A DNA stretch of 64,000 nucleotides from a virus (Duplodnaviria; Caudoviricetes): IMG/VR virus record IMGVR_UViG_3300028197_000002; one strand, 5' to 3'. Below, piece by piece: positions 30,375-39,521 of the stretch (its first letter is position 1; each line of letters begins with the position of its first letter). Under the pieces are notes generated by a model. That model had not been told where the DNA came from. It was given only the letters and a program-made list of their open reading frames with translations, and searched no databases. A program made the position numbers and the translations under genes.

Positions 30375-30863
30375 ATGGCAGGTCCGGGTCGTCCAAAGGG
30401 TAGTAGTGGAGTCAACAAGTCCGCTAAAATCCGCGAATATCTGGAACAGAATCCAGATTCCACAACAACGGAAGTTATTGAAGTTCTTGCTCAAGACGGA
30501 GTTGATGTAAGTCAACCTTTAGTAGTAGGTGTTCGAAGCCGAGCTTTTGGAGTTAAAAAGAAGCGTGGTGAGATTACCATTAATGAACTAGAAAAGTTAA
30601 ATAATAATATTGACAGTGTATTTGATGACCGTGAAATGGTTGGTCAGGTCATGGATCAATTTTCTACATGGGCAGATGAGCTTGGTGGGTGGGAACGGTT
30701 TACCACTGCTATGAAAACAGCGTTGGCTAACGAGAGTTTCACCGCTAATCCAAAAGCTGCTGAAGAGTGTGAAACTGAATCTGAGTGTGAATCTGAGTGC
30801 GAATCTGAGTGCGAATCATCTGATGAAGAAACAGATGAGTACGAAGATGATGAAGAAGAATAA
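30375..30863 (+). CDS. Planctomycete-type HTH/nucleoid-like protein with acidic ESEC-repeat tail
   Basis: AT-hook-like GRPKG, NKSAKIREYLEQNPD..TTEVIEVLAQDGVDVS; tail EECETESECESECESECES. Confidence 0.6.
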   Translation: MAGPGRPKGSSGVNKSAKIREYLEQNPDSTTTEVIEVLAQDGVDVSQPLVVGVRSRAFGVKKKRGEITINELEKLNNNIDSVFDDREMVGQVMDQFSTWADELGGWERFTTAMKTALANESFTANPKAAEECETESECESECESECESSDEETDEYEDDEEE

Positions 30864-31027
30864 AATTATAATTTAATAAAGTTTGTCCTTGTTGGACGCC
30901 CCTAGCTTTATTAATCAGCGGTTTGATCCAGCAAGCGGATTGGTTTATTATTATTATCGAACCATAATGCCAGCCAGATCAAACCGCTGTTTTTTTAATA
31001 ATAAATATTATTTAAAGCGAGAACCGG

Positions 31028-31333
31028 ATGCTCGAACATTTAAATGTAATAAGCAAATTTCAAAATTTAAAAAAGAATGAGACTTTAAAAGGTAGTGTAA
31101 TTGAAAGGTACAAAGCTGCTCGTGTTGAACGATTGCGCGAACTATACTCAATTCATGAACCACTCTTAGAGAAGCGATGTATTTATGAGCATCCAAATGA
31201 TGCGCGATATAATTGCTATGCTATGTTCCCATTGAATGAGAATGAGATGAACAGTCCTTTTGATTTACCAGACTTTGAGAGTCACATGCCAGACCTAGAT
31301 AATTTTTTGATAGATTCTGGGTTGCACAAATAA
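31028..31333 (+). CDS. Hypothetical protein
   Basis: 101-aa ORF; its last codons contain a GCACAAA box. Confidence 0.45.
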   Translation: MLEHLNVISKFQNLKKNETLKGSVIERYKAARVERLRELYSIHEPLLEKRCIYEHPNDARYNCYAMFPLNENEMNSPFDLPDFESHMPDLDNFLIDSGLHK

Positions 31334-31439
31334 CAAAACAAGTCTCCACCTTCTAAAAGTGAAAAGACATGTTAAGTACCGTGCTTTTATTTTTTATTAA
31401 TTAATGGGTCATCTGCTAGTTATTAATAAAAAAACTGTT

Positions 31440-31558
31440 GCACAAATGAAACAACTTTCTGGATAGATCCTTTTTAGAAAAGTGATTTAAGTTTTTCGAC
31501 TTGCAATTAATTATAAATAATGCCTTATTTGATATTTAATAACTTTTGACCTTTATCC
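31440..31558 (+). repeat. GCACAA-hairpin-TTGACCTTTATCC module (106-bp spacing)
   Basis: GCACAAA at 31440, 13-mer at 31546-31558. Confidence 0.85.
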
Positions 31559-31567
31559 AGATTGCTT

Positions 31568-31686
31568 GCACAAATCCGGGGATATAAAAAAACAAACAAA
31601 CCAGGCCTGGATGATTTAAGTTTTCCTCATAGCAATTAATTATAAATAAAGCATTAATTATAATTTAATAATCTTGACCTTTATCC
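31568..31686 (+). repeat. GCACAA-TTGACCTTTATCC module (106-bp spacing), tandem copy
   Basis: Shares GATTTAAGTTTTT and GCAATTAATTATAAATAA with the previous unit. Confidence 0.85.
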
Positions 31687-31702
31687 GAGCGAAAGAAAAG
31701 GT

Positions 31703-31715
31703 TTGACCTTTATCC
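31703..31715 (+). repeat. Solo TTGACCTTTATCC 13-mer
   Basis: Exact copy. Confidence 0.85.
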
Positions 31716-31824
31716 TGATTCTTCTTTTTGGAGCTAATCTTATTCTTCATGGGGATAAATTAATAAATTAATAAAGAGTAGTTTACTGAAAGAGTATCAA
31801 TCAACAACTTTCGAGGATACGAAG

Positions 31825-32604
31825 ATGCTTTTGAACTATCATTCAGATGTAGACCAGAGCAAGGTCAATCATTACGATGCGGACAATTTCTCAGATGGGA
31901 TTCCAAAGTTCCGTAGTTTTAATCGGATGTGGAATTGGTACAATCGCAAGAGTCGTTCTACTCGTAAGCGTACTAATCTTGGCAAGCGTCTGGACAGTAA
32001 AACAGAGCGTTGGATTTTAGAGGGTAGCGTACAGCATATTATTAAATATGCTCATGCTTGCGAAACTCGTTTGCCGATTGAATTTGAAGATGTCATTTTC
32101 AATGAAGAAAACATAGAGAATTATGGCATTTCATATTTAAAAAACAGAATTTATCTCGAAGATGGTGGAGAGCGTAGAGGCATTCCTGCATACGAAGAAC
32201 GATTTAGGTCTAATCCCAGATTGTTATTGAACTACGCAAAATATCTTCAGGTTCGTTTACCAGAAGATTGGGAATCTAGTTTTATTGGTGATCCAAGAGT
32301 TTGTTGTGAGTATGCTCATGGTTTCTTGAATGGTCGTTTGCCTGAGCAATTACATAATTATATGTATATGGCTCAACTGTCGGACGATAAGGACAGGCGG
32401 CTGATGTATCAGGATCGTGGCAGAACGATTCAAGTTCAGGAAGTTTTTGAATTTAATTGTTCTGGTTCAAAAACTTATTTTGATTTTATTAAATTTCAAC
32501 GAGAAAATTTAAAAGAAAAAATTTCTCATTATGTAAAAAGTTACGAAATGGACAAGAACGCATCTATTGCAGAATTTTTGCATGAATTAGAATTTGGCAA
32601 ATAA
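31825..32604 (+). CDS. Helical-repeat LPxxxHNxM-family protein
   Basis: YAKYLQVRLPEDWE...YAHGFLNGRLPEQLHNYMYM. Confidence 0.7.
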   Translation: MLLNYHSDVDQSKVNHYDADNFSDGIPKFRSFNRMWNWYNRKSRSTRKRTNLGKRLDSKTERWILEGSVQHIIKYAHACETRLPIEFEDVIFNEENIENYGISYLKNRIYLEDGGERRGIPAYEERFRSNPRLLLNYAKYLQVRLPEDWESSFIGDPRVCCEYAHGFLNGRLPEQLHNYMYMAQLSDDKDRRLMYQDRGRTIQVQEVFEFNCSGSKTYFDFIKFQRENLKEKISHYVKSYEMDKNASIAEFLHELEFGK

Positions 32605-32654
32605 AATTTTAAAAAGTAGTTTTTGGTACAATCAGTTCTCAACAACAATCAACA

Positions 32655-33929
32655 ATGGGTTTTCTAATGATTAGCCAAGATCAAATCGCAAGGTTTCGTG
32701 ACGATTTAGAAACAGTGATGTGTAAGTATTCGATTGAATTTCCTTTCTGGGGAGTTTTGTCGGAGCGAATCAAGTTTAGTCTTGTAACGGAAGGCGTTCC
32801 TACTGCTGGCATGACTCCTGATGGTCATTGCATGTTCAATGTCAATTTTATTGAAGAATTGCGAACTAAGCATAAGGATAAATTTCATAAGAAACTTTTG
32901 TTTTTGACTGCCCATGAGATAAGTCATTTTGTTTTTGAGCATGGTGATCGTCAAGGTGATCGTGACAAGATGATGTTCAATGTTGCTGCTGACTATGCGA
33001 TCAATCTTTTGCTTCATTATCAATTTGGTAAAAACAAAGATTATTTCATCGAAAGTGGAATGTTAGACGAACAGTATCAGGGCATGACTGCTGAAAGTAT
33101 TTATGAAAAACTGATGCAAGACCCTGAGAACAAGAATAGTCGCAAAAACAAAAAGGTTATGATTGACATTCTTGGTGAGGGCGAAGGTGAAGGTGAAGGC
33201 GAAGGTGAAGGGAATAGCGAGGTCATTCGTGATCGTAGAGTTCCTATGCCTAAGTCTGATGGCAAAAGTTCTAATCAAGCCAAGAGCGAAATGTCAGATC
33301 ATATTGTTCGTGCTTTGAGTGAAGCATTTGCCGTTGCCAAGAGTCAAGGCAAGTTGCCTGCTGATTTTGAACGTGCTATTAGCAAGATTCTAAAGCCTAA
33401 AGTAGATTGGCTTAGAGCGTTGCGTAGCAAGATGCGTTTTGGAATGAGTAGGTTAGAAAAGCGTGATGCTGATTGGCTGAATCCTAATCGACGTTTTCTA
33501 GGCAGAGATTATATTCTTCCTAGTCAGTGTGGTGCTAACGCTCCTAAGATTGCCTATGCTGTTGATACTTCTGGTAGCATGAGTCAACGTGACCTAGAGC
33601 AAGCTATGAGTGAACTAGAAGAAATCCGCAAGCGTTTTAATGCAAAGGTTTACGTTTTAGATTGTGATGCTGATGTTCATGGTTCTGGGTGGATTCAACC
33701 GCAACAACCACTACCTGTTTTGAATGGTGGTGGCGGGACAGACTTTGTTCCAGTGTTTGAACACCTTAGCGAAATGCGTATGAAACCAGACTACTGTATC
33801 TTCTTCACAGACGGGTACGGAAGGTTTGGTGACAATGCACCCAACTATCCTGTTCTTTGGGTAATGACTAGCGATGTAAAGCCTCCGTTTGGCGATACGA
33901 TTCAAGTCAATGTTCCTTATGAAGAATAA
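32655..33929 (+). CDS. Metallopeptidase-VWA protein (DUF2201-like)
   Basis: HEISH zincin motif, NVAADYAIN, (GE)n linker, MIDAS DTSGSMS, GGGGTDF, FTDGYG. Confidence 0.9.
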   Translation: MGFLMISQDQIARFRDDLETVMCKYSIEFPFWGVLSERIKFSLVTEGVPTAGMTPDGHCMFNVNFIEELRTKHKDKFHKKLLFLTAHEISHFVFEHGDRQGDRDKMMFNVAADYAINLLLHYQFGKNKDYFIESGMLDEQYQGMTAESIYEKLMQDPENKNSRKNKKVMIDILGEGEGEGEGEGEGNSEVIRDRRVPMPKSDGKSSNQAKSEMSDHIVRALSEAFAVAKSQGKLPADFERAISKILKPKVDWLRALRSKMRFGMSRLEKRDADWLNPNRRFLGRDYILPSQCGANAPKIAYAVDTSGSMSQRDLEQAMSELEEIRKRFNAKVYVLDCDADVHGSGWIQPQQPLPVLNGGGGTDFVPVFEHLSEMRMKPDYCIFFTDGYGRFGDNAPNYPVLWVMTSDVKPPFGDTIQVNVPYEE

Positions 33930-34260
33930 TAGGATAACAAAACCTATGTTCCTTAATGACGGCCAGATAGTAGATGATAATTTCTTACCCATAGATTCCC
34001 CTGAAAGAGTCTACCTTTGGGCAAAGTATGTTGTGAAAGGCAAAATATCTTTAGAGAAGGAACAAATTTTATATGATTCTCCAAGACTGATTTATTTTTA
34101 TAGCAAACTTTTAATTGAATTAGGAATCTCTATTCCAGATCATCTTCATAATTTTATGCTGATGGAATCAATGAACAGAGTTGATGATGACCAAAAAGAA
34201 TATGACCAAAAAGAATTTATTTTAAATTTTTTAAAATTGATTAAAAAAATTCCAGAGTAG
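33889..34260 (+). CDS. LPxxxHNxM-family protein
   Basis: WAKYVVKGKI...SIPDHLHNFMLM. Confidence 0.6.
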   Translation: MAIRFKSMFLMKNNRITKPMFLNDGQIVDDNFLPIDSPERVYLWAKYVVKGKISLEKEQILYDSPRLIYFYSKLLIELGISIPDHLHNFMLMESMNRVDDDQKEYDQKEFILNFLKLIKKIPE

Positions 34261-34316
34261 TTTCTGGTAAAGATAGTTCTCAACAACACTCTCAACAACA
34301 AACAAGGAAACGTCTT

Positions 34317-35423
34317 ATGTCAGACAAGATCATCAACACCTCAAACGTAATTACTGGTTCTCTTAGTGAGAAGATTCGTCGTTGTCGTGCAGTCAAGACA
34401 AACAAGGGCGATGGGCTTCCCATGATGATTTATGGAAGTCCGGGGGTTGGTAAATCGGAACAAGTTGCCGAAGCACTTGGCGAAGATGAACTAATGATCG
34501 ACCTTCGATTGAATAGTCTTGATAGCATTGACCTTCGTGGATTGCCTATCATCTGTAAAGACAAAGATCGTCGTCCTACGGAAGTCAAGTGGGTACGTCC
34601 AGAGTTTATTCCTGATGATGGGGGCGTAGTGGTTGACGGAAAGAAATACACTGGTGGTATTATCTTTTTGGATGAGATCAATACTGCTGCACCTAGCGTT
34701 CAGAATCCAGCGTTGCAGTTGGTACTAGACCGCAAGGTAGGTTCTCATCATCTTGGCAAGAACTGGTACATTTGTGCTGCTGGTAACAAGCAAGATGACA
34801 AGGCTCATGTTTATCCTTTAAGTGCTGCTTTACGTCAACGGTTTGCGGTCTACCATTACGAACCAGACCACAATACTTGGACTAATTGGGCTGTAAAGAA
34901 TGACGTTCATCCTCATGTCATTGGGTTTATTTCATTCAAACCAGATTTGTTGATTCAGCCAAGTGTGGACGAAGAATCTAACAATCCTTCTCCTAGAAGT
35001 TGGTATTATGTTTCGCAGAGACTTCATGCAGACCAGAACGAACTAGAGGACATTCGCAGCATCGTTGGTTCTGCCGCAACAGAGTTCATGGCATACCAAG
35101 CGGTTTGCGAGAATCTTCCTAGCATCAAAGATATGTTGGAAGGCAAGGTTGAATGGAAAGAGGATTCGTCAAACGTCACGATCAGTTATGCTGTAAGTAA
35201 CGCTCTTGCCACTCACATGCTTCGATCTGACAATGTGAAAGATCATATCGAAAATGCCTTTGAAGCGTTGTTGAATATGTCTGGTGAACCTAGCATCTTG
35301 TTCATGCGACGAGTTATGCACTCTGATAATGACAAGTTGAAGCAAGCATTGTTTACAAGCGACAATGGTAAAAAGTGGTTCAAGAAACATGGTGATCGTA
35401 TGACTAAAGCTATTCAAATGTAA
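34317..35423 (+). CDS. MoxR-family AAA+ ATPase
   Basis: Walker A GSPGVGKS, Walker B FLDEIN, AAGN, ALRQRF, PSPRSW. Confidence 0.9.
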   Translation: MSDKIINTSNVITGSLSEKIRRCRAVKTNKGDGLPMMIYGSPGVGKSEQVAEALGEDELMIDLRLNSLDSIDLRGLPIICKDKDRRPTEVKWVRPEFIPDDGGVVVDGKKYTGGIIFLDEINTAAPSVQNPALQLVLDRKVGSHHLGKNWYICAAGNKQDDKAHVYPLSAALRQRFAVYHYEPDHNTWTNWAVKNDVHPHVIGFISFKPDLLIQPSVDEESNNPSPRSWYYVSQRLHADQNELEDIRSIVGSAATEFMAYQAVCENLPSIKDMLEGKVEWKEDSSNVTISYAVSNALATHMLRSDNVKDHIENAFEALLNMSGEPSILFMRRVMHSDNDKLKQALFTSDNGKKWFKKHGDRMTKAIQM

Positions 35424-35444
35424 AAAGAATTTGTTGTTGAGAAG

Positions 35445-35478
35445 TCCCTCCTGCCCCGAAAGGGGTGGGGGGATTTTT
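35445..35478 (+). terminator. Intrinsic terminator
   Basis: TCCCTCCTGCCCC-GAAA-GGGGTGGGGGGA followed by T5. Confidence 0.75.
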
Positions 35479-35554
35479 AATATATATTTTAAAGTAATTT
35501 TTAAATACAATAACAATATTGTTAAAAAAATAGAAAGTAGTTTGCGGTAAAAGT

Positions 35555-35815
35555 ATGGGACAAGAAAAAGACTTTGAAGACCTGAAAAAAGAAGCTATGG
35601 AAAACGAAGTAAATCAAAAGATTTTTGATTTGGTAGAAAAGCCTAAAGACTTTATGTTCGTTAAATCATCGAACGTCTACTATGACCGCTATCGTGTGAA
35701 CGTATACAGTGCGTATCAAGATGGTGGAACATTAACTGGCTATACAAGCCAACGAATCTCTCATTCATATTTTTGTAAATACGATGGAGAAGATTTAACA
35801 ATTATTTCTGCTTAG
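35555..35815 (+). CDS. Hypothetical protein (probably leaderless mRNA)
   Basis: ATG 6 nt after promoter motif 35538-35549. Confidence 0.65.
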   Translation: MGQEKDFEDLKKEAMENEVNQKIFDLVEKPKDFMFVKSSNVYYDRYRVNVYSAYQDGGTLTGYTSQRISHSYFCKYDGEDLTIISA

Positions 35816-35876
35816 TTTATAGTAATATGGTGAAGCGGTTTAAATCCAACCAACTAACCAACTAATTTAAATTAAA

Positions 35877-36092
35877 ATGAAAATTAAAAAAGGCGACCGA
35901 TTAAAATTAACTGGTCCAATTAAAAATTCTGATTCTACTTGGATGCCTATTGAGAAAGACATGCCAGTGGGATTAGAAGGGTCTGTAACAGATGTTTCTA
36001 ATGGGCATGGTCATCTTTACATTGCAATGCAATGGGACAATGGTAGAACATTGTCGTTAATTGATTCTGATAAATGTTATGAATTAGTTTAA
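35877..36092 (+). CDS. DUF4314-like small protein
   Basis: KGDRLKL...G.EGSV..V...MQWDNGRTLSLI. Confidence 0.6.
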   Translation: MKIKKGDRLKLTGPIKNSDSTWMPIEKDMPVGLEGSVTDVSNGHGHLYIAMQWDNGRTLSLIDSDKCYELV

Positions 36093-36097
36093 AATTA

Positions 36098-36171
36098 GCC
36101 CCTATAGCTTAATTGGTTAAAGCAACGGTCTTTTAAACCGTCGAGTGTAAGTTCGAGTCTTACTGGGGGTA
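36098..36171 (+). tRNA. tRNA-Lys(UUU)
   Basis: Cloverleaf; ACGGT-CTTTTAA-ACCGT arm; GTTCGAG T-loop; no encoded CCA. Confidence 0.92.
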
Positions 36172-36185
36172 CATGTAAATTTAAA

Positions 36186-36213
36186 TTGACAGTTGAGTTA
36201 TAATTATTATAAT
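36186..36213 (+). promoter_or_regulatory. Consensus sigma70 promoter
   Basis: TTGACA-N16-TATAAT. Confidence 0.65.
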
Positions 36214-36219
36214 TAAAGC

Positions 36220-36323
36220 TCTCCCGAACAGGAAGCGTCCTTTCCCCTACACATTGATTGTGACCTTTCTGTTTAATAAACCAGCCCTTTGGATAATGCT
36301 AGTCTAAAGGGCTGGTATTTTTT
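36220..36323 (+). ncRNA. Candidate ~100-nt small RNA
   Basis: Own promoter and terminator, no ORF; 9-bp stem 36227-36235/36265-36273. Confidence 0.45.
36280..36323 (+). terminator. Intrinsic terminator
   Basis: ACCAGCCCTTT...AAAGGGCTGGT followed by ATTTTTT. Confidence 0.8.
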
Positions 36324-36325
36324 AA

Positions 36326-36396
36326 TACGGGGTGGTGTAATGGTAGCACAAGAGTTTTTGGTACTCTTTGTCGGGGTTCGAGTCCCTGCTCCGTAG
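36326..36396 (+). tRNA. tRNA-Gln(UUG)
   Basis: U1-A72 acceptor TACGGGG/CTCCGTA; AGAGT-TTTTGGT-ACTCT arm. Confidence 0.9.
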
Positions 36397-36455
36397 CTTA
36401 AAAAAATATTTTATTTGAAAAAAAACAAGACTTAGTTTATTATAAATATATGAAA

Positions 36456-36810
36456 GGGGTCGTTCTGGTATCGACTGGATAAAAAGATACATGCTCGCAA
36501 GTAGTGGTTAATCGACAGGCCACTTAAAAAGTCGATTAAAACGCTTTAACTGGCGAAACTCAGTTAGCACTCGCCGCTTAGTATAGTGGTGACAGTTTTA
36601 GGAAGCGATGAAGGGAGCGTCCAAAAAACTGCTGTAAAATCCTTCGGCTGTTAAGTTCGGTCAACGGGGACTTAACCTGAGATACGGTTGATCGGAAAGA
36701 CGAATGTTGTTTGTTCTTTAGTCCTTTCTTAAAAATTATGAACAAAATAAACTTGTAGAAAGTGTGTGGAAAGTTATCTCAGGACAGGGGTTCGACTCCC
36801 CTCGACTCCA
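36456..36810 (+). ncRNA. ssrA: tmRNA; tag peptide (A)GETQLALAA* at 36552-36581
   Basis: Acceptor GGGGTCG/CGACTCC-A with G3:U70, 5' GGTATCGAC, 3' GGGGTTCGACTCCCC T-arm, TAACT before resume codon, LAA degron. Confidence 0.95.
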
Positions 36811-37031
36811 CTTTTTTTTAATTTAATATCTATATAATTTTATGGATATTAACATGATAATAAATATAGCTCTTGGTGTAGTTTTAGGAAGATTTCTAGG
36901 CTGGTTTTTATTAATAATTTGGAATGGCTTTTTGGGCTGTATCCGAGATACTAAAAGAAAATTTAAAAAATAATCAAAAGCAGTTTGCGGTAATTTTAGT
37001 CAACCCGATCTAAACCTTACAGGGAATTTCT

Positions 37032-37727
37032 ATGCCCAGAACTAAAAATCCAAAAATTAGTCCTGATGAACAGACTTGGCTTTCTGCAATCGACACTTCG
37101 TTATCCCAATCCGGCTCATATCGAATGGACTGGGAAGAACGCAACATTTTGAACAATAAGTTTCTTGCTATAAAAACGCACGTTCAAAAGGGCGGTGACT
37201 TTTCTATTGGTTGGGATGCTTTCTTTGATAAGATATTTTCTTCTATTGATCGTGAATTTTTAAATCAAAAGTGTGGTATTTGTTATGCTTATGCCCGAAA
37301 GCAAGGGCGATTAAAATTAAATCAAGAGAAGATTTTTTTAAAAGAGGCATCAAATGGATGGAGAAGTGCCAGTAACGTTTACAAGTATGCTCGTTATGTA
37401 ATGCGTGGACGACTCCATGCTGATGTAGAGGCAGTAATAGACTTTGGCAAATGCTATAAATATCCAGAATGGCTCAACAAGATGGATTTGCCTTATGAAG
37501 ACGTATTGATGAAGAATACTACTGCTGCTTATCATTTTTATTGTTCAAACTTTTATCTTCCAGATAATATTCACAACATGATGATTGCAAGCAAACTTGG
37601 TGGCGATAATTATGCTGCGGCTTACTTTAAAGAAAAAGAAAAGGTTGAAACTTATTTGTTGACAGCATTAAACAATGTAGACAAGACTATGACTGTTGGA
37701 GATTTTGTTAAAAAAATTATGAAGTAG
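37032..37727 (+). CDS. Helical-repeat LPxxxHNxM-family protein
   Basis: YARYVMRGRL...YLPDNIHNMMIA...AAAYF. Confidence 0.7.
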   Translation: MPRTKNPKISPDEQTWLSAIDTSLSQSGSYRMDWEERNILNNKFLAIKTHVQKGGDFSIGWDAFFDKIFSSIDREFLNQKCGICYAYARKQGRLKLNQEKIFLKEASNGWRSASNVYKYARYVMRGRLHADVEAVIDFGKCYKYPEWLNKMDLPYEDVLMKNTTAAYHFYCSNFYLPDNIHNMMIASKLGGDNYAAAYFKEKEKVETYLLTALNNVDKTMTVGDFVKKIMK

Positions 37728-37765
37728 TTTTTTGTATAAATATCTCCAACATTAAGGAAACCAAA

Positions 37766-37993
37766 ATGGAACAATTACAAAGATACATCGAACTGATACA
37801 GGCTTACATTGGTCTTGAATACGATCTTTCAGAACAAGACAAGCTAGATATTAGTGGAATGAATGGTTTAATTGACGAAATAATTGCTCCAGCCTATTTT
37901 GAAGGCGAACCAGTTTGTAATTTAGCTGGTATACTGGTTGCTAATCTGCGAAGGATGAAGGCTGGCTTTCCATCGACGTTCACCGACGATTAA
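37766..37993 (+). CDS. Hypothetical protein
   Basis: AAGGA SD. Confidence 0.6.
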   Translation: MEQLQRYIELIQAYIGLEYDLSEQDKLDISGMNGLIDEIIAPAYFEGEPVCNLAGILVANLRRMKAGFPSTFTDD

Positions 37994-38031
37994 AAGATGA
38001 GGGTCAAGTTTAATTTAAATTAAATTGATGT

Positions 38032-38116
38032 GCCGAAGTGGCGGAATTGGCAGACGCAACGGACTTAAAATCCGTTGTCCGTAATGGACGTGCGGGTTCA
38101 AGTCCCGCCTTCGGTA
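38032..38116 (+). tRNA. tRNA-Leu(UAA)
   Basis: ACGGA-CTTAAAA-TCCGT arm, long variable arm, GGTTCAAG T-loop. Confidence 0.92.
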
Positions 38117-38129
38117 CTTTTACAGACAT

Positions 38130-38203
<74 letters not shown>

Positions 38204-38237
38204 CTTTAATTTAATCTTTATTTATGGAAATAGAAAG

Positions 38238-38417
38238 ATGAAATCTGATGACTATTGGAAAAGCATAAAAGAGGATTGGAAAAAACATACGATTGAATTA
38301 AAAGATAACAAGTGGATTTTAAAATTTAAAAATGATAAATTAAAAGATCATACTTTCACCAGCAAAACAAAATTAGAAGAATATTTAGATTGGTTGGAAA
38401 ACGCTACTTATGTCTGA
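38238..38417 (+). CDS. Hypothetical protein (start moved out of the tRNA)
   Basis: ATG 38238 in frame with track ORF 38199. Confidence 0.55.
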   Translation: MKSDDYWKSIKEDWKKHTIELKDNKWILKFKNDKLKDHTFTSKTKLEEYLDWLENATYV

Positions 38418-38898
38418 CAAAGGTCTGCTGGATGAAATACGTTTGTCGGAAGCGGGTTGTTCTCAACCCAAACTCAGCTACATATTTAAAACTTTAAAAG
38501 CAAATAATATAACCGAACTCGAAGTTAATTTTGATGGTCATAGTGATGACGGACACATGCGGTTTACTAATGCAGTAGGTGATCCAAGCAAAGTAAAGGA
38601 AATTACACTTTACAACGAAGTTAGTCCAAATACATTCTTGGATGAACCAACACCTTTTGCATCCCAAAGTTCAGGAGCAACATATCCGGATGCATCAGCA
38701 ACCTTATGTGATATTATTTGGGAATCTGTGTATTCGATTTTCGATTACAAGGATATTAGCTGGTGCGGAGGTCGTGGGAATAAAGGTTATTTAAAATTTA
38801 ATTCTTTTAAAAATAAAGTTGAAATAAAATATTTAAAATATGTAGAAAGCTATGATGAGATCACTTTCAACCAAATTTCAGGAAACATTATAAATTAA
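38410..38898 (+). CDS. DUF6878-like protein
   Basis: LEVNFDGHSDDG; W..GRGNKG. Confidence 0.55.
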   Translation: MSDKGLLDEIRLSEAGCSQPKLSYIFKTLKANNITELEVNFDGHSDDGHMRFTNAVGDPSKVKEITLYNEVSPNTFLDEPTPFASQSSGATYPDASATLCDIIWESVYSIFDYKDISWCGGRGNKGYLKFNSFKNKVEIKYLKYVESYDEITFNQISGNIIN

Positions 38899-38919
38899 AA
38901 ATAAATAAATTGGATTAGT

Positions 38920-39429
38920 TTGCTGTATTGTTATCAGCAACAACATTTGGGAGAAAGTATGGCTAATCCATATCATCATGCGGTATCGAGTGCAAAGAAG
39001 TGGGGCGGAGAGCCAGAGGATTATCAATCAATCCACGATTGGTTTGACTGTTCTAAGGAAATGTGGGCTGATTTTCGCCATCGTGCTTTGAGGCATCATT
39101 CTCAGGGCATTTTTGAAGCAGAGCGTATATTTGGTCATACTATTAGAATTAGCGGGAAACGTAAACTTCGTTGGTTTGAGAAGGTAGTTTCTTTTATTAC
39201 CGGCAAAGAAATAAAAACTGGTCGGAAAGTGCCTGTACGCTGGATTGGCGAACAGCATGTGAAAGAGGATTGCGGATTTATCCCTTCGATCCAGGATTGG
39301 TTTAGGCACATAAAGCCTCAAAGATGGATGGGACAACCACCTGTTCGATTAGAAAAGGCTTTAGAAAAGGTAAATTCTACCGAAGATTGGCAGAATCATG
39401 TGGGTGAGAAAATTGATGTAGCAATATGA
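38920..39429 (+). CDS. DUF6915-like protein (likely start ATG 38959)
   Basis: MANPYHHAVSSAKKWGG..EDY..IHDWFD...HRALRHHSQGIF...EQHV.EDCG. Confidence 0.75.
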   Translation: MLYCYQQQHLGESMANPYHHAVSSAKKWGGEPEDYQSIHDWFDCSKEMWADFRHRALRHHSQGIFEAERIFGHTIRISGKRKLRWFEKVVSFITGKEIKTGRKVPVRWIGEQHVKEDCGFIPSIQDWFRHIKPQRWMGQPPVRLEKALEKVNSTEDWQNHVGEKIDVAI

Positions 39430-39442
39430 AAAATTTAAATAG

Positions 39443-39471
39443 TTTACTCTTTTGAAAGATACAGATATAAT
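39443..39471 (+). promoter_or_regulatory. Sigma70-type promoter
   Basis: TTTACT-N17-TATAAT upstream of 39522. Confidence 0.55.
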
Positions 39472-39521
39472 AAATCCCCCTTGGACATTCCGTTCAAGAT
39501 AATTTTTTTAAGGAGAATTAA

